Position numbers and translations under genes: made by a program. Source: Octopus sinensis (taxonomy: Eukaryota). Taken from it: 64,000 nt of DNA. The notes below the pieces were generated by a model. That model was given only the letters and a program-made list of their open reading frames with translations, searched no databases and was not told the DNA's origin. Shown piece by piece: positions 11,460-25,209 of this stretch (positions within the stretch are counted from its first letter, which is position 1; the number at the start of each line of letters is the position of its first letter). The stretch spans positions 28,210,001 through 28,274,000 of the forward strand of contig NC_043009.1 of the NCBI RefSeq assembly GCF_006345805.1. Direction: 5' to 3'.

Positions 11460-12836
11460 CACATGTGTATGTAATATATATATACAATGAGGTAGAAAAG
11501 TGAAGGAAAGAAAGTTAAGCAAAAGTGTGCAAAACTCTTTGAAATCTACTTGCAGAAAAAAATATGAAGATCAATTGCAGAACAAAGAGCATTGGCAAAT
11601 AGTAATGCTATAGACTTGGCACCATAATAAGTTATGGGTTTGTGGATTTTGATAAGAGAATATTCAATAGGCAAATACATATACATACATACATACATAC
11701 ATATATATATAAATATATACATATATATACATACATTTATATATATATGTGTGTGTGTGCGTGTGTGTATGTATATATATACATACATTTATATACATAT
11801 ATTTATATGTATATATATATATATATATATACATATAAATATATATGTATATATATATATATACATACATACATATACATATATATATATATAATATATG
11901 CACACATATATATACATACATATATGTGCATATATATATATAATATATATATATATATAATATATGCACATATATATATACATACATATATGTGCATATA
12001 TATATATGTGTGTGTGTGTATGTATATACATGTATTTATCTGTATGTGTGTATGTATATGCATGTATTTATCTGTGTGTGTGTGTGTGTGTGTGCAAGAA
12101 AATCTAAAGACAAATGGTAGCTAACCACGTGATTATTGAGAGCTTTAAAGCAATACAATAAAGAGCACTTTTATCTCTGCCATGAAGAAAGTGTGGTCAG
12201 ATTATATATGACGAGAACTGCTTACAGCTGCAATGGTGATGACAGATACGATATGAGCCAGTGTATTATTTATGCTCCAATTACTTGGAGGAGGAAGGGG
12301 TGGGGAGGAGGGGAGGAGAAGAAACACAATGAAAATAAAATAAAGTATGTAAAAGAAAAATTATTAATTGAAATAAAATAAGATAATATATGGCTTATTT
12401 ACTTTCTGCTGAGTTTATTTCTAGTTAAAGTACATGATTCATGTTTGGAGGGAATATGGAACAGCTTAGTAAAATATCAGTAAGTTTCCTGATAAATTGG
12501 AAATATGAATTTGTGATTAGGACAATGTTCGACAGCTGGTTCTCTCTGAAAAACTTTGCAAGAATTTTCATATGTTGATAGGTGTCGACATGGCTGTGTG
12601 TTTCTGAAGTATGTGGCTTTGAATTCAGACCCATTGCGTAATACCATGTGAAAGTGTTTTCTTTATCTTCAGGTTCACCAAAGCTGTATGGCTGGATTCG
12701 GTAGATGGAAACTGAAAGAAGCCCTTTGCATATATATATATGTATGTATGAATATATATACATATATATATTCACCATGATAGATCACTAGTCACTAAAC
12801 CTTTTTCTATTTTCTCTCTCTGTTTATTTCTGTGTT

Positions 12837-12874
12837 TCTTTCTGTCGAAGAGCGTAGGCTTGAAACGTAAAGGA
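12837..12874 (+). ncRNA. Minimal hammerhead motif, family D (A6 replaced by U)
   Basis: TCTTT-CTGTCGA-A-GAGC-gtag-GCTT-GAA-ACGT-A-AAGGA; stems I and II pair, ACGT palindromic stem III, GUA triplet; within a ~180-bp element between (TA)n runs. Confidence 0.55.
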
Positions 12875-12984
12875 GATTCTCACTTTCCAAGCATTAAACA
12901 AATACATCTGTTTGTCGTTTACATACCTGTCTTCATCTTTTGTTCTTTTGTAAATTCTCATGATATATATATATATATATACAC

Positions 12985-13242
12985 ACACGGGGTGGTGGTG
13001 CAAAGGTAGGTATACAATTATTTAAAAAAGAAAATACGTACAATATTCATTTATTTTTATCAAAAATATTAAAAGTTAGCCTCATTTTTTAATATTTTTA
13101 GTGTCATCAAGCATAATAATGCATTTATCTTAACTATAATACTTCTTTTAGCGTAACTTTTAATTGTTTTGATAAAAATAAATGAGTATTTTACCTGTTT
13201 TCTTTTTTCAAAACTGTATACCTACTTTTGCAACCCCTGTAT
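12985..13242. mobile_element. Tc1/mariner-type MITE
   Basis: Imperfect TIRs cacggggtggtggtgcaaaggtaggtatacaatt / aaactgtatacctacttttgcaacccctgt with TA flanks, AT-rich interior. Confidence 0.55.
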
Positions 13243-13548
13243 ATACAAATAAGAATAGATGGATTGTGGTTCACTACAACTATTTCAGACATGTTTTTTT
13301 ACTGATGAATAGATGTGTTACATCATTGAAAACAAAGAAAATCTGTTTTCATCAGATGTAAGAATTAAACATTTTAAACATCTCAATAACAAGTAAAATG
13401 TGCCATTTTGACTCTCCACTTGAATCCTGAAATTATATATATATAATATAAATAACATATACATATATATGCATATACACATATAATATAAATAATAATA
13501 TATATATGCATATATACATACGTATATGTACATACTTACATCTATACG

Positions 13549-13587
<39 letters not shown>

Positions 13588-14261
13588 TGATTTCGAAACG
13601 TACGTCCGTGGATAACTAAAAAAATGTATGATAGATTGCAGTCAATTCATTCTCTCTTACCTGTTTGTGTCTGCCTTCCAAATGCTGTTTTTACTGAGAT
13701 CTCCCTTTTTAGTAGAAGAAATAGCTATAACCCTTTGACTGCTATTTCTAAATTCGGTATGTGGTAAGGCAACTCGTTGCTAAACCCTTATTGCTTAGTA
13801 TATATATATATATATATATATATGCATATGTGGGCACAGGACATTATGAAATGTGTACAATAAAAATTACGAAGTACAAGTACATGTAATATGAACTATT
13901 TTTTCGAACAACAAAAGACACAAATGGAAAACAAAACAAACAACATAAAGAAAGACCCTTCATCAGTTGTTGGCTGTTTTTCTACTCTCATATTTTGTGC
14001 ATTTAACAGCAATATACACTTTCAATAAAATAGTTGCTCCCAGAAAGCAAATTAAATAAAATTTGGAATTTTGCAGAGGGTCAAAATAGGTAACACAAAC
14101 AGGACAGTGGAAACAAACAGGAAGGACTGCCAAGCCTAAACGTAGTTGTGGTGGCAAACTCATAAATCAAGCTTGGACAGGAGACAGACAAGGACATGTC
14201 TCCCTTTTTCCAACTACATATATTATTGTTGTTGTTGTTATCATCATCATCATCATTATTA

Positions 14262-14483
14262 AGGTGGAACCGTTAGCATGCTGGATGAAATTCTTTACAG
14301 TATTTTGTCCATCATTATGTTCTGAGTTCAAATTCTGCTGTGGTCGACTTTGCATTTCATCCTTTCGGGATCGATAAATTAAGTACCAGTTACACACTGA
14401 GGTCGATGTAATCGACTTAATCCCTTTGTCTGTCCTTGTTTGTTCCCACTATGTTTAGCCCCTTGAGGGCAATAAAGAAACAA

Positions 14484-14485
<2 letters not shown>
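14262..14485 (+). mobile_element. SINE family B, alternative 3' tail variant
   Basis: Family B core followed by tgtccttgtttgttcccactatgtttagccccttgagggcaataaagaaa, shared with the minus-strand copy at 49667-49890. Confidence 0.7.
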
Positions 14486-14522
<37 letters not shown>

Positions 14523-14774
14523 TTTTTGCTTTCTACTTTGTTTCCAGTTCTTACCGAGTGTCTTCTTGACACCTATGGTAAAGAAACTCACTGTATACAT
14601 TGGCATAAACACCTTCCACACTGCAATTATTTTTGTTTCAGCACATGGTCTCAGATAAGGTCACTTACTATGCAAGTACATCTCCGTAATTTTGTCATTT
14701 CATTATATGGAAACTCCAAGACTATATATGTATTGTCTCCCCCATCCTTTGCCCTGGTGGCAAATAAAAGAAAT

Positions 14775-14826
<52 letters not shown>

Positions 14827-14998
14827 GCTGCTGCTGCAGTTGTAGTGGTAGTAACCACCACCACCATCATCATTATTCAGTAGCCTCATTTTTATCACAT
14901 GCTTTCACAGCACAACTGAGCGCAGCTCTGTGTGCCTTGGGTAAGTGCTGTGGTTTGTTGTGGTGCTCTTATTATTACTGTATTGAAAGTATTTTACA

Positions 14999-15050
<52 letters not shown>

Positions 15051-15057
15051 CATTATT

Positions 15058-15089
<32 letters not shown>

Positions 15090-15096
15090 TATTATT

Positions 15097-15131
<35 letters not shown>

Positions 15132-15135
15132 TATT

Positions 15136-15186
<51 letters not shown>

Positions 15187-15234
15187 GTCATCATCATCAT
15201 CATCATCATTGTTATCATTGTTATTATTGTTATT

Positions 15235-15690
15235 AAGAAGCTTCATACGTGTTTCCAATGTATCACCAGGTGCATTTTATGTTTTTGAAGTGCTTATAGT
15301 ATCGTCTTTTATTTGGAGTGGAGGCCAGTGAGAAGACACTCATATGCTTCGTCTAATTTGCTGTGTTGTGAAGATTGGTTTCGTTGCTTCTCTCATTGTT
15401 TTAGAGATTTATATCCAAGATATGATTTGTAAAGTAAGAAATGCCATTGTATGAGTGGAGTTTGTGTTGTGTATGGGGAGTGTAAAGATGTTGTGTGTGA
15501 TTAATCATCGAGAGATCATTGTTCAGAAAGTCTATTCAGAGCTTATGTCATTCAAAGTATCTTTACATATGATAAGTGCTGTGCCTTGAGGGTTTCATAT
15601 TTTGGGGACCACATGTAAATGTGATGGGTTCCAGCATATTTTTTGCTAAATATTTTTGTTTTCTGTTATTGATTTTTTTCCAAATCATAT
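15235..15690 (-). mobile_element. Highly decayed LINE 3' fragment
   Basis: Non-microsatellite block ending in a (TAA)n tail on the minus strand with interrupted LINE-like C-terminal wording; clade not assignable. Confidence 0.3.
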
Positions 15691-18547
15691 CCATTGCAGC
15701 AATATCGTTATTAAAAATAAAACACGAAATATATCATTATTGTATTTAATTTCCTATTACAATATTGTACAAATCTAAGAAAGCAAGCTAGCAGAATTTT
15801 TAACATGTGCATGTGTCTTTGTGCATGTGTTTGCACCCCACCACCACTTGATGTTGGTTTGTTTATATCCCCATAACTTAGTGGTTCAGCAAAAGAGAAT
15901 GGACAGATAAGCACCAGGCTTTAAAAAGTCCTTGGGTTGATTTGTTTGATTGAAACCCTTCAAGCCAGTGCCCTAGCATGGCCACAGCCAAATGACTGAA
16001 ACAAGTAAAAGATAAAAGATGATATGTTATTTACATTTGATGGATTTTTGTCCTCATCTTGCTTGCTTTTAACACGTTCAAAATTTCCCCAAGACATCTG
16101 ATAAAGGCTGGAAGGTATATGAACCGAAACATTGTGTTAACAACAAACAAGATGAGGACAAATATCCATCAAATATAAATAATCTAAATAATGTACATAA
16201 TTCCTTGTCTCTTAAATATAGAACTGTATAAAAGAAGATACTTGACAGAATGCTTAGCAGCATTTTTTCTGGCCTTATCTTTTGAGTTCAAATTCCATTG
16301 GAGGTCGACTTTGCTTTTTATCTTTATTAGGGTTGATAAAAATATACCCGTTAAATAATGAGGTTGATATCATTGATTATACTTCTCCTCTGAAATTTCA
16401 AGCCTCATGCCAATTGTAGAAATAATGAAATTATAAATCTTACCATAGGGTACCAAAATATGTACCAGTTATATACAGTGGGTCTATATTAAAATACCAA
16501 CTATACAAACGACTTGACATGTGTCATGTGAAATCAATATTTCAAATGAAATGATAAACAAAACTTTTTAATCATTTCTGTGAAAATATATTCATTTTTC
16601 TTTGCATCTTTGTAATCCTGTTTTTTTTTTGTGTAGATATTTTTGTATTTTTGCAATTTCGTGGTTTTGTGATTTTTAAAACAAAATTGTTTTGCATTTT
16701 TGAGATTTTCTATTTTATGCAATTGTTTTGTGTTTTTGTAATTTAAGAATCGAGAGAAAAATACAAAAAAGAAAAAGCAAAACAAAAATAAAGAGAAAAG
16801 ATTAAAGAAAAGAAGTTAGAAAGAAACAAAAGTTATAAGAATAATAAAAAGTGTTTCTCCAACCAGTTACAATATGGAACCATTTGTTTCAAAACAAGCT
16901 TGTCTTACAAACTAAACATACAACTATACTTTGCTATGATGTTGCCTGAAGTCAAAACCGAGGGAGGGATACTTTTCTGCAAAAAACTAAAATAAATAAA
17001 CTCAATTGGGTGTACAAGACATGCTTAATAGTTTTAGATTTCAAGGGTTCGTCTCCGATCATTCATGGTAAAAAAAAAGAAAAAAAGTATAAAAAAAAGG
17101 AAAATGAAAATAAAGAAACAGCAACAAATATTTGCTGTAATTGAATCGTATTCACAACTTGTTTTTAACTTGGAGATGAGACATGGCAGCCGATAGCGGT
17201 TCTCGAATGTAAACAGTTTTACTGGAATCACCTTCTGGTCAAAGATACCTGTAATAACTTAAAGAGAAAAAGAGAGCTATACAGGGAGTGGAAGAGAGAG
17301 AAAGAGAGCAATAGGGGAGTGAGAAAGAGAGAGATAAGTGTGGAATGGTACAAACAACAAAAGGCATTGGTTTATTTTCACATGAGAAAAAGAGAGGTCA
17401 ATGAAAGTAGGAAAAGACTGGCAAGCTATGACAATAAACAAAATGTAACACTTGGAGATATGTACATAAACATTTTTAGTAGATGCAAAGATTTAGGTAG
17501 AAACATAAATGTTTGGAGGTTGAAGGGTTTAAATGTCTTTGAGTGTGGGCATTATATTTAGGCATGGATGGGTGTATGTTTGGATGTAGACACACACATG
17601 CATACAAATATACATACATAAACAAGTAAATCAATACATGCATAAACATACATTAATACAAGCATAAACACATACATTAATACATATATATATACATGCA
17701 TCATACATAAACACAGACTTGTATATATATGTGTGTGTGCATGTGTGTGTGTGCTTGTGGATATGTGCATTTATATGTGTGTGTGTGAAAATGTGTATGT
17801 GTGTGTTTGTGTATAAAGAGACACAATATGTATATCATACACGCATTTACCTCACTTTCTGTCTTTTGCCTCATTCTGCATACACTCATACATATACACA
17901 ACATGTATGCTTACTTACATACATACACACATACACCTCTCTCTCTCTATATATATATATAAATGTACACATGTATATATATATGTATATATATACGTAT
18001 ATATATATATACATGTATATGTGTGTGAGTATATATATATAATATACAAATGTGTGTATGTGCATGCATGTGTATGCGCCCACTCACATACATTTATATA
18101 TATGATATATATTTATATAAATATATGTGCATAATGTATGTGTGTATATATACACACCACATACATATATGTACACATACTCACGCATGCGCACACACAC
18201 ACAAATATATACATATATATTGATTTTCGCACACATTTTAATATAAATAAATAGAACTCTAAGCCAGCTGTCTTTTGAAAAAAAAAATGGTAAATAAACA
18301 AAAAACCGAAACAAGAAAAACCCTTTTGTTCTTTACCATATGTTGTTCAATCTACACCAAAATATTGTTTTTTGGTAAAATTCCTGACTTTGTGCCATTT
18401 ATTTGCTTCAGCATCAAGTCAACAATGATAAATACAGGCAGAGATTTCAAAGAACTACTAGCATGAAATATGGTTTGTATGTTAGAATTTCTGAATAAAT
18501 TTTTATATTTTATTATAATTTTTTTCTATCATTATTGTAATTATTGC

Positions 18548-18717
<170 letters not shown>

Positions 18718-18736
18718 TAAATTATAATTATTATTA

Positions 18737-18778
<42 letters not shown>

Positions 18779-19041
18779 TATTATTATTATCGGGAGGGCC
18801 ACATCTCTGTCATCCTACCTCCTACCTTTTTTTATTGTACCTCCGTATGCTATGCATGTCTCCTCTTTCCTGATGTATACCGTAGATATTTTTAATAATT
18901 TTACTTTTTTTATATTTTACTTATAAAATCTTTTTTTATTTATTATTTCATTATTATTTGTAAACCCCCACACTTTATGTCTCTCTCTGTATTGTCCCCC
19001 ACATCTTTCGCCCTTGTGGCAAATAAATGAAATCATTATTA

Positions 19042-19106
<65 letters not shown>

Positions 19107-19479
19107 ATTCTCATCATCATCATCACCATCACCTTCATCATCATCTTTATTTGATGCTCTCATATATCAATGTAAAATTTTGATGGATAAAGTTTTGGAT
19201 TTCCCCAATCGTTGTTTGTAGAATTTGCATCTCACATTGTAAAACTCTTTGTTGTATTTCGGTGGAAGATAAACTTCATTTTATTTGCTTCAGCTGAGTT
19301 TACAACAAAATAAGTGCAAGATTCTGTGACATGGGTTGGGTTGAGGAAGTTACTAGAAACAATCTAGGATTTCTTTTTCTGTAGTCACCACTTTTTAGAA
19401 GGTAGAAGGTTTGGGCAAAACAAATCATACTGTCTCACACAAAGTGATAAATATATATATATCATCATCATCATCATCA

Positions 19480-19865
19480 TTTAGCATCCGCTTTCCATGC
19501 TGGCATGGGTTGGATGGTGCAACCGGAGTCTGGGAAGCCAGAAGGCTGCACCAGGCCCAGTCTGATCTGGCAATGTTTCTACGGCTGGATGCCCTTCCTA
19601 ATGCCAACCACTCCATGAGTGTAGTGGGTGCTTTTTACGTGCCACCGGCACAGGTGCCAGACGAGGCTGGCAAATGGCCATGGTCGGATGGTGCTTTTTA
19701 CGTGCCACTGGCACGGAAGCCAGTCAGGGCGGCCTTGGCAATGGCCACGTTCGGATGGTTCTCTTATGTGCCACCAGCACTGGTATCACAGCTACAATTT
19801 CCATTCATGTTGATCGATTTTGATTTTTGATCTTTTGATTTTCACTTGCCTCAACAGGTCTTCAC
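19480..19865 (-). mobile_element. RTE LINE 3' UTR and (GAT)n tail
   Basis: Reverse complement of the 3' end at 58600-58975, including repeated ggtgctttttacgtgccac units. Confidence 0.75.
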
Positions 19866-19872
19866 AAGTAGG

Positions 19873-19913
<41 letters not shown>

Positions 19914-19971
19914 TATATATACATACATTTATATATATATATATACATATATATATATACATATATATATG

Positions 19972-20018
<47 letters not shown>

Positions 20019-20097
20019 TATATATAATATATCTTACATATATATACATACATATGTGTGTGCATGTGTATAGATAAATAGCTTATATTTATATAAG

Positions 20098-20475
20098 TAT
20101 TCTTTTACTCTTTTACTTGTTTCAGTCATTTGACTGTGGCCATGCTGGAGCACTGCCGTTTAGTTGAGCAAATCGACTCCAGGATTTATTCTTTGTAAAC
20201 CTAGTACTTATTCTATCAGTCTCTTTTGCCGAACCGCTAAGTTACGGGTACATAAACACACCACCGTCGGTTGTCAAGTGATGCTGCTAGGATAAACACA
20301 GACAAACAAAAATATACATACACATACATATATACATATATACTACAGGCTTCTTTCAGTTTCCATCTACCAAATCCACTCACAAGGTTTTGGTTGGCCC
20401 GAAGCTATAGTAGAAGACCACTTGCCCAAGACGTCACACAGTGCGACTGAACCCAGGATCATGTGGTTGAGCATA
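20098..20475 (-). mobile_element. SINE family A, near complete
   Basis: Reverse complement of the 54692-55091 copy with internal (TA/CA) tract. Confidence 0.8.
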
Positions 20476-20563
20476 TAGAAATGTATATGTATTTTCCATA
20501 TATATATGTGTGTGTGTGTGTATATATATAGATAGACAGACAGACAGACAGACAAATAGATAA

Positions 20564-20652
<89 letters not shown>

Positions 20653-20692
20653 CAGACAGATAGATACACAGATAGATAGGTAGATAGATAAG

Positions 20693-20748
<56 letters not shown>

Positions 20749-20869
20749 GAGATAGAGAGATAGATGCATAGTTAGCTATAGTTTACTGTTCACTTGTTCA
20801 CAGGATCGACAAAATCGTACACAATCATGTAAAAGATAAGTATCATTTAATGAATACAGGAATTATATA

Positions 20870-21870
20870 TGAGCTTCTTCAAGCTTCATGCTGGGATAGT
20901 GTTGTAATCAGACAAGCTTGTACAGTGTACTATGCATGATCTAGCAATCATTCAAGTTCAAATGACATGGATACTCGATAAGGAAATGAGAGAAAAAAGA
21001 AATGAGAAAAATGACAAGAAACGAGATGAAAATGTTAGGGAAAAGTAGGATAAAAATTATGTATGCTTAATTCATTAATGAAGAATATTGTTGATTTTGA
21101 ATGATTATATCTAAAAAACAAAAAAAAATTATGCCTAGTGAGGATTGTCAAATAGAAGAAAGGTTAAAGTGTGTTAAAATATGTATCTAATCTGGTGGGG
21201 AATGGAGACATTTTCCAATTCAATAACAGAAACTTGTTGAGATGAATACATCTTGTAGAGTGTTTTTTATTGCACCATTCTTTTTATGGTGAAAGATATT
21301 AATTTAAATTAAATTAAAGATGGTTGGGTTTAAGGAAAAACTGATATCTGAGGAGAAATTTCAGAATGGAATGCTTATGTGTGTACAAGTATTAGACTAG
21401 CTAGAGGAAGATAGTGTTAGAAAACAGACTAAAGAAGTTTGAAATTATAACATGATGAACTACAAAATTAAACGAATGTGTTTAACTGGGAGGTGCTGTC
21501 AATTGAGGTACCACCTAGTGAAGATTGTTGATAATAATGTTTGATTATAAAGCATTGGTATAGAGATAATTTCTGGAAGGCTTACAAGGGATTTGCAACC
21601 ATTAAATGCCAAATATCAGTAAGCCATTTAAGGAGTGAATGATGATAACATGCAGTGAATGGATATATGAGAAGAATTGCACATAAAATAGGCTTCATCA
21701 GGGCCTCTGATTTGTGAATGGATTGTTAATTGATCAGAGGAAATATAAAAGCTCGTATCATTATCAAATCATTCAGGAAATATGGTATTACAAATTCATT
21801 TGATTGGATAGAAGATGGATATCTGTGTGACTATGATAATGAAGAATCAGTAACTAATGAGTAAATCATA
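20870..21870 (+). pseudogene. Decayed pogo/Tigger-type DDE transposase
   Basis: Manual translation with frameshifts: GRLTR.LQPLNA.ISKPFKE and PLICEWIVN...IIIKSFRKYGITNSFDWIEDGYLCD, matching the pogo LQPLD..NKPFK and IxKSFxKxGIxNxxDGxED signatures. Confidence 0.65.
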
Positions 21871-22683
21871 ATCATTCATCACTAATAACGAAGAAAATTA
21901 ACACAATGATAACATACATCTTGAATATTAGAATGGTTTACTCTGTGATGTAAGTGATGTATAGTGTTGACATTGCTGGACTCTATAAAGGCTTAATGTG
22001 TGTTAGCATATTTATTCTTAATATATCTAAGTAGCAGGTTAAGACAAGGAACTAGCAGAACTGTTTGTATGCTGGGCAAAATGCTTAGTGGTATTTTGTC
22101 TGTCTTTATGTTCTGAGTTCAAATTCTGCCGAGGTCAACTTTGCCTTCATACGTTTTGGACCCTCAGGATAAAAGCTTCGTCACCAATGGCATCCAAGCA
22201 CTGCAACGCTGGTGAAAGAAGTGTGTGAACTGCAAGCAATGGGGGCTATAAGGAAAAATAAACTTCATTTGTTCACATTCCATGAGAGTATCTTAGTCAG
22301 CCTATGAACTTTTCAGCTGACTTGTGTATGCTAGCACATTTGCATATTTGGGGCCTGAACATGCTGAGACCTATTAAGAAAGAATAAATATATTCAAATA
22401 TTTTTTTCTTTTCTGCTCTAGGCACAAAGCCCGAAATTTTGGGGGAGGAGGCGAGTCGATTAAATCAACTTCAGATGCAACTGCTACTTAATTTATCGAC
22501 CCCAAAAAGATGAAGTCAACCTCAGCAGAATTTGAACTCGGAACATGAAGACAAATGAAATAATGCTAAGCATTTTGCCCAGTGTGCTAGCATTTCTGCC
22601 AGGTCACCTGCTTAATAAATATACAGATATTCACCTCAGATATCAATGCATATGGTACAGAGAACGATTTTATAATAAATTTT

Positions 22684-22896
22684 TAAGATGGTCATATCTG
22701 GCCCAAATAACCTACTTGCTTTATGTTCAAACTAGCTTGACCTGGCCTGTCACAACTACCCTGAAACGTCATTCTTAAGGTAAACAATCTCACCATTAAC
22801 ATCTCAAAGCTATGAGATAATGCATGGCAAATTCAAAACAATGATGAATAAAGAAGCATCACATTTGACAGAGTAATTTGAACATTATAGAGTTAC
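22684..22896. mobile_element. Short interspersed MITE-like repeat
   Basis: Resembles a common octopus non-autonomous repeat as recalled (catatctggcccaaat...gagataatgcatg...acatttgacagagtaat); no second copy in the window to confirm. Confidence 0.35.
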
Positions 22897-23267
22897 CATT
22901 TGCATTATAATTGTATTTTAAAACTATATGAAAACTTATACTTTAGATGTGTACATAAAAATAAAGCTTATGAATTCATTTTCATATACTGATACCATAA
23001 TTTTGGTTCTAATGTTTATAGCCTTAGACTACATCAGCTTCCCTAACTAGAATTTAAAATTCTGTACCTATAGAAAAACTGTAATGAGCATGTCCTTAAT
23101 ATAGGTTACCAATCAAGAATAATGGAGAATAATAAAGAAGAAGAGTAAATCTTCTTATGAGCCACAGGGCTATACTTACTTAGCAGAGCATGTGTTTTAG
23201 TGCATATATTGGGTAATTACTGGTATTATTATTATTATTATTACTGTTATTATTATTATTACTGTTG

Positions 23268-23349
<82 letters not shown>

Positions 23350-23369
23350 TGTTATCATCATCATCATCA

Positions 23370-24145
23370 TCTTAATCAACGGTTGCACCAGGCTCCAATC
23401 TGGTCTGGAAGAGTTTTTACAGCTGGATGCCGTTCCTAATGCCAACCACTCCAAGAGTGAAGTGGGTGCCATTTATATGCCAGCGGCAGAGGAACCAGTA
23501 AGGTGGGCTTCACACCAATCACATTCGGATGGTGCTTTTTATCAGCCACTGACACAAGAGCCAGTCAGGGAGTACTGGCATCAGACACAATTGGTTGGTG
23601 CTTTTTACGTGCCACCCGCACGGGAGCAAGTAGGGCAGGCCTGGCAACAAACATGTTCAGATGGTGCTTTTTATGTGCCACTGGCACAGGAGTCAACCAG
23701 GGGGCACTGGCTCCAGCTACGTTATTGGTTTTACTTGACTCAACAGGTCTTCTCAAGCATATCATATTGCCTGACACATCAGGAGTATTCTTAACAGGGC
23801 TGGACATGCATGGCTGTGATCTCACTTTAGTTGCTGGGTCTTCTCAATCACAGCTTATCTCCAAATGTCCTGGTCTCCGGCCATTGCCTCTGTGAGGCCC
23901 AATGTTTGAAGGTCATGCTTCACCACCTCATCCCATGTCTTCCTGGTTCTACTTCTTCCACAGGTTCCTTCAACAGTTAGGGAGTGGCACTTCCTCACAC
24001 AGCTGTCTTCATTCATATGTAACACATGATCATACCAGCACAGTCACATCTCTTGCACACCACATTTGAGGTTTCTTATGCCCAACTTTTCTCTCAGGTC
24101 ACTTACAATATGTCGTATATGCACACTGATGTTACACATCCAGTG
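23370..24145 (-). mobile_element. 5'-truncated RTE LINE (ORF C-terminus plus 3' UTR)
   Basis: Minus translation LREKLGIRNLKCGVQE...CVRKCHSLTVEGTCGRSRTRKTWDEVVKHDLQTLGLTE; homologous to 58300-58975. Confidence 0.8.
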
Positions 24146-24170
24146 GATCATACTATTATTATTATTATTT

Positions 24171-24371
24171 GGCAGAAACGTTAGCAAGCCGGGTGAAATG
24201 CTTAGCAGTATTTCATCTGTCGTCACGTTCTGAGTTCAAATTCCGCCAAAGTCGACTTTGCCTTTCATCCTTACGGGGTCAGTAAAATAAGTACCAGTTG
24301 TGTACTGGGGTTGATCAACTTGACTGGCTTCCTCCCCCCAAATTTCGGGCCTTGTGCCTAGTGTAGAAAAG

Positions 24372-24436
<65 letters not shown>

Positions 24437-24441
24437 TATTA
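24171..24441 (+). mobile_element. SINE family B, near complete
   Basis: ggcagaaacgttagc...ttctgagttcaaattccgcc...gactttgcctttcatcc...ggccttgtgcctagtgtagaaaag followed by (ATT)n. Confidence 0.8.
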
Positions 24442-24465
24442 TTCAAGTTTGATTCCAGGCAGTGA

Positions 24466-24516
<51 letters not shown>

Positions 24517-24565
24517 CATTGAAAAATACCTTAGGAATGAGAACCCAGGTTCGAAATTTCCCCAA

Positions 24566-24611
24566 GACACCTGATGAAGGTTGGAGGATATATCAGCCAA
24601 AACGTTGTGTT
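24566..24611 (+). ncRNA. Minimal hammerhead motif, family F (G12 mutated in this copy)
   Basis: GACAC-CTGATGA-A-GGTTG-gaggatatat-CAGCC-AAA-ACGT-T-GTGTT; other copies at 16093-16138 (+), 30311-30345 (-), 62821-62866 (-). Confidence 0.6.
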
Positions 24612-25209
24612 AACAACAAACAAGATGAGGACAAATATCCGTCAAATGTAAATAATGTAAATAATTCCCCATCTCTTAACTATAGAACTGAATTAAAATG
24701 TTTATAAAACTTACTTACCCTGTACAGAGTATTCAGGGAAAATGTAGCTTATAGTGATTTCAAGGCCAGCAAATTTAGGGGAGGGGTAAGTTGATTATAT
24801 CGACCCCAGTGTTCAACTGGTACTTATTTTGCTGATTCTGAAACGAAGAAAAGTAAGGTCAGCCATGACGGAATTTGAACTCAGAACATAAAGACTAAGT
24901 CAACCATGGCAGAATTTGAACTCAGAAAGTAAAGGCAGCCAAAATACCATTAAGCCTCTTGCCTGAATGCTAACGATTATACCAGCTCATCACTCTAAAC
25001 GTAACTTAGTACCCACTATACTCTCAGAGTGGTTGGTGTTAGGAAGGGCATCCAGCTGTAGAAACATTGCCAGATCAGATTGGAGCCTGGTGCAGCCTTC
25101 TAGTTCACCAGTTCTCAGTCAAACTGTCCCACCCATGCCAGCATGGAAAACTGACATTAAACGATGATGGTGAAGATGATGATGATGAGTAATAATCATT
25201 AATTTGTTC

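Noticed and set aside
13295-13357. CTGATGA...GAAA hammerhead-like arrangement
   Set aside because: The downstream TCATCAG pairs with the core itself and there is no stem I; a simple inverted repeat.
13890-13975. Minus-strand CTGATGAAGGG with distant GAAA
   Set aside because: Could not build helix II or stem III.
14600-14690. Two minus-strand splice-donor-like sites
   Set aside because: Sequence is a paralogue of the repeat at 36394-36480.
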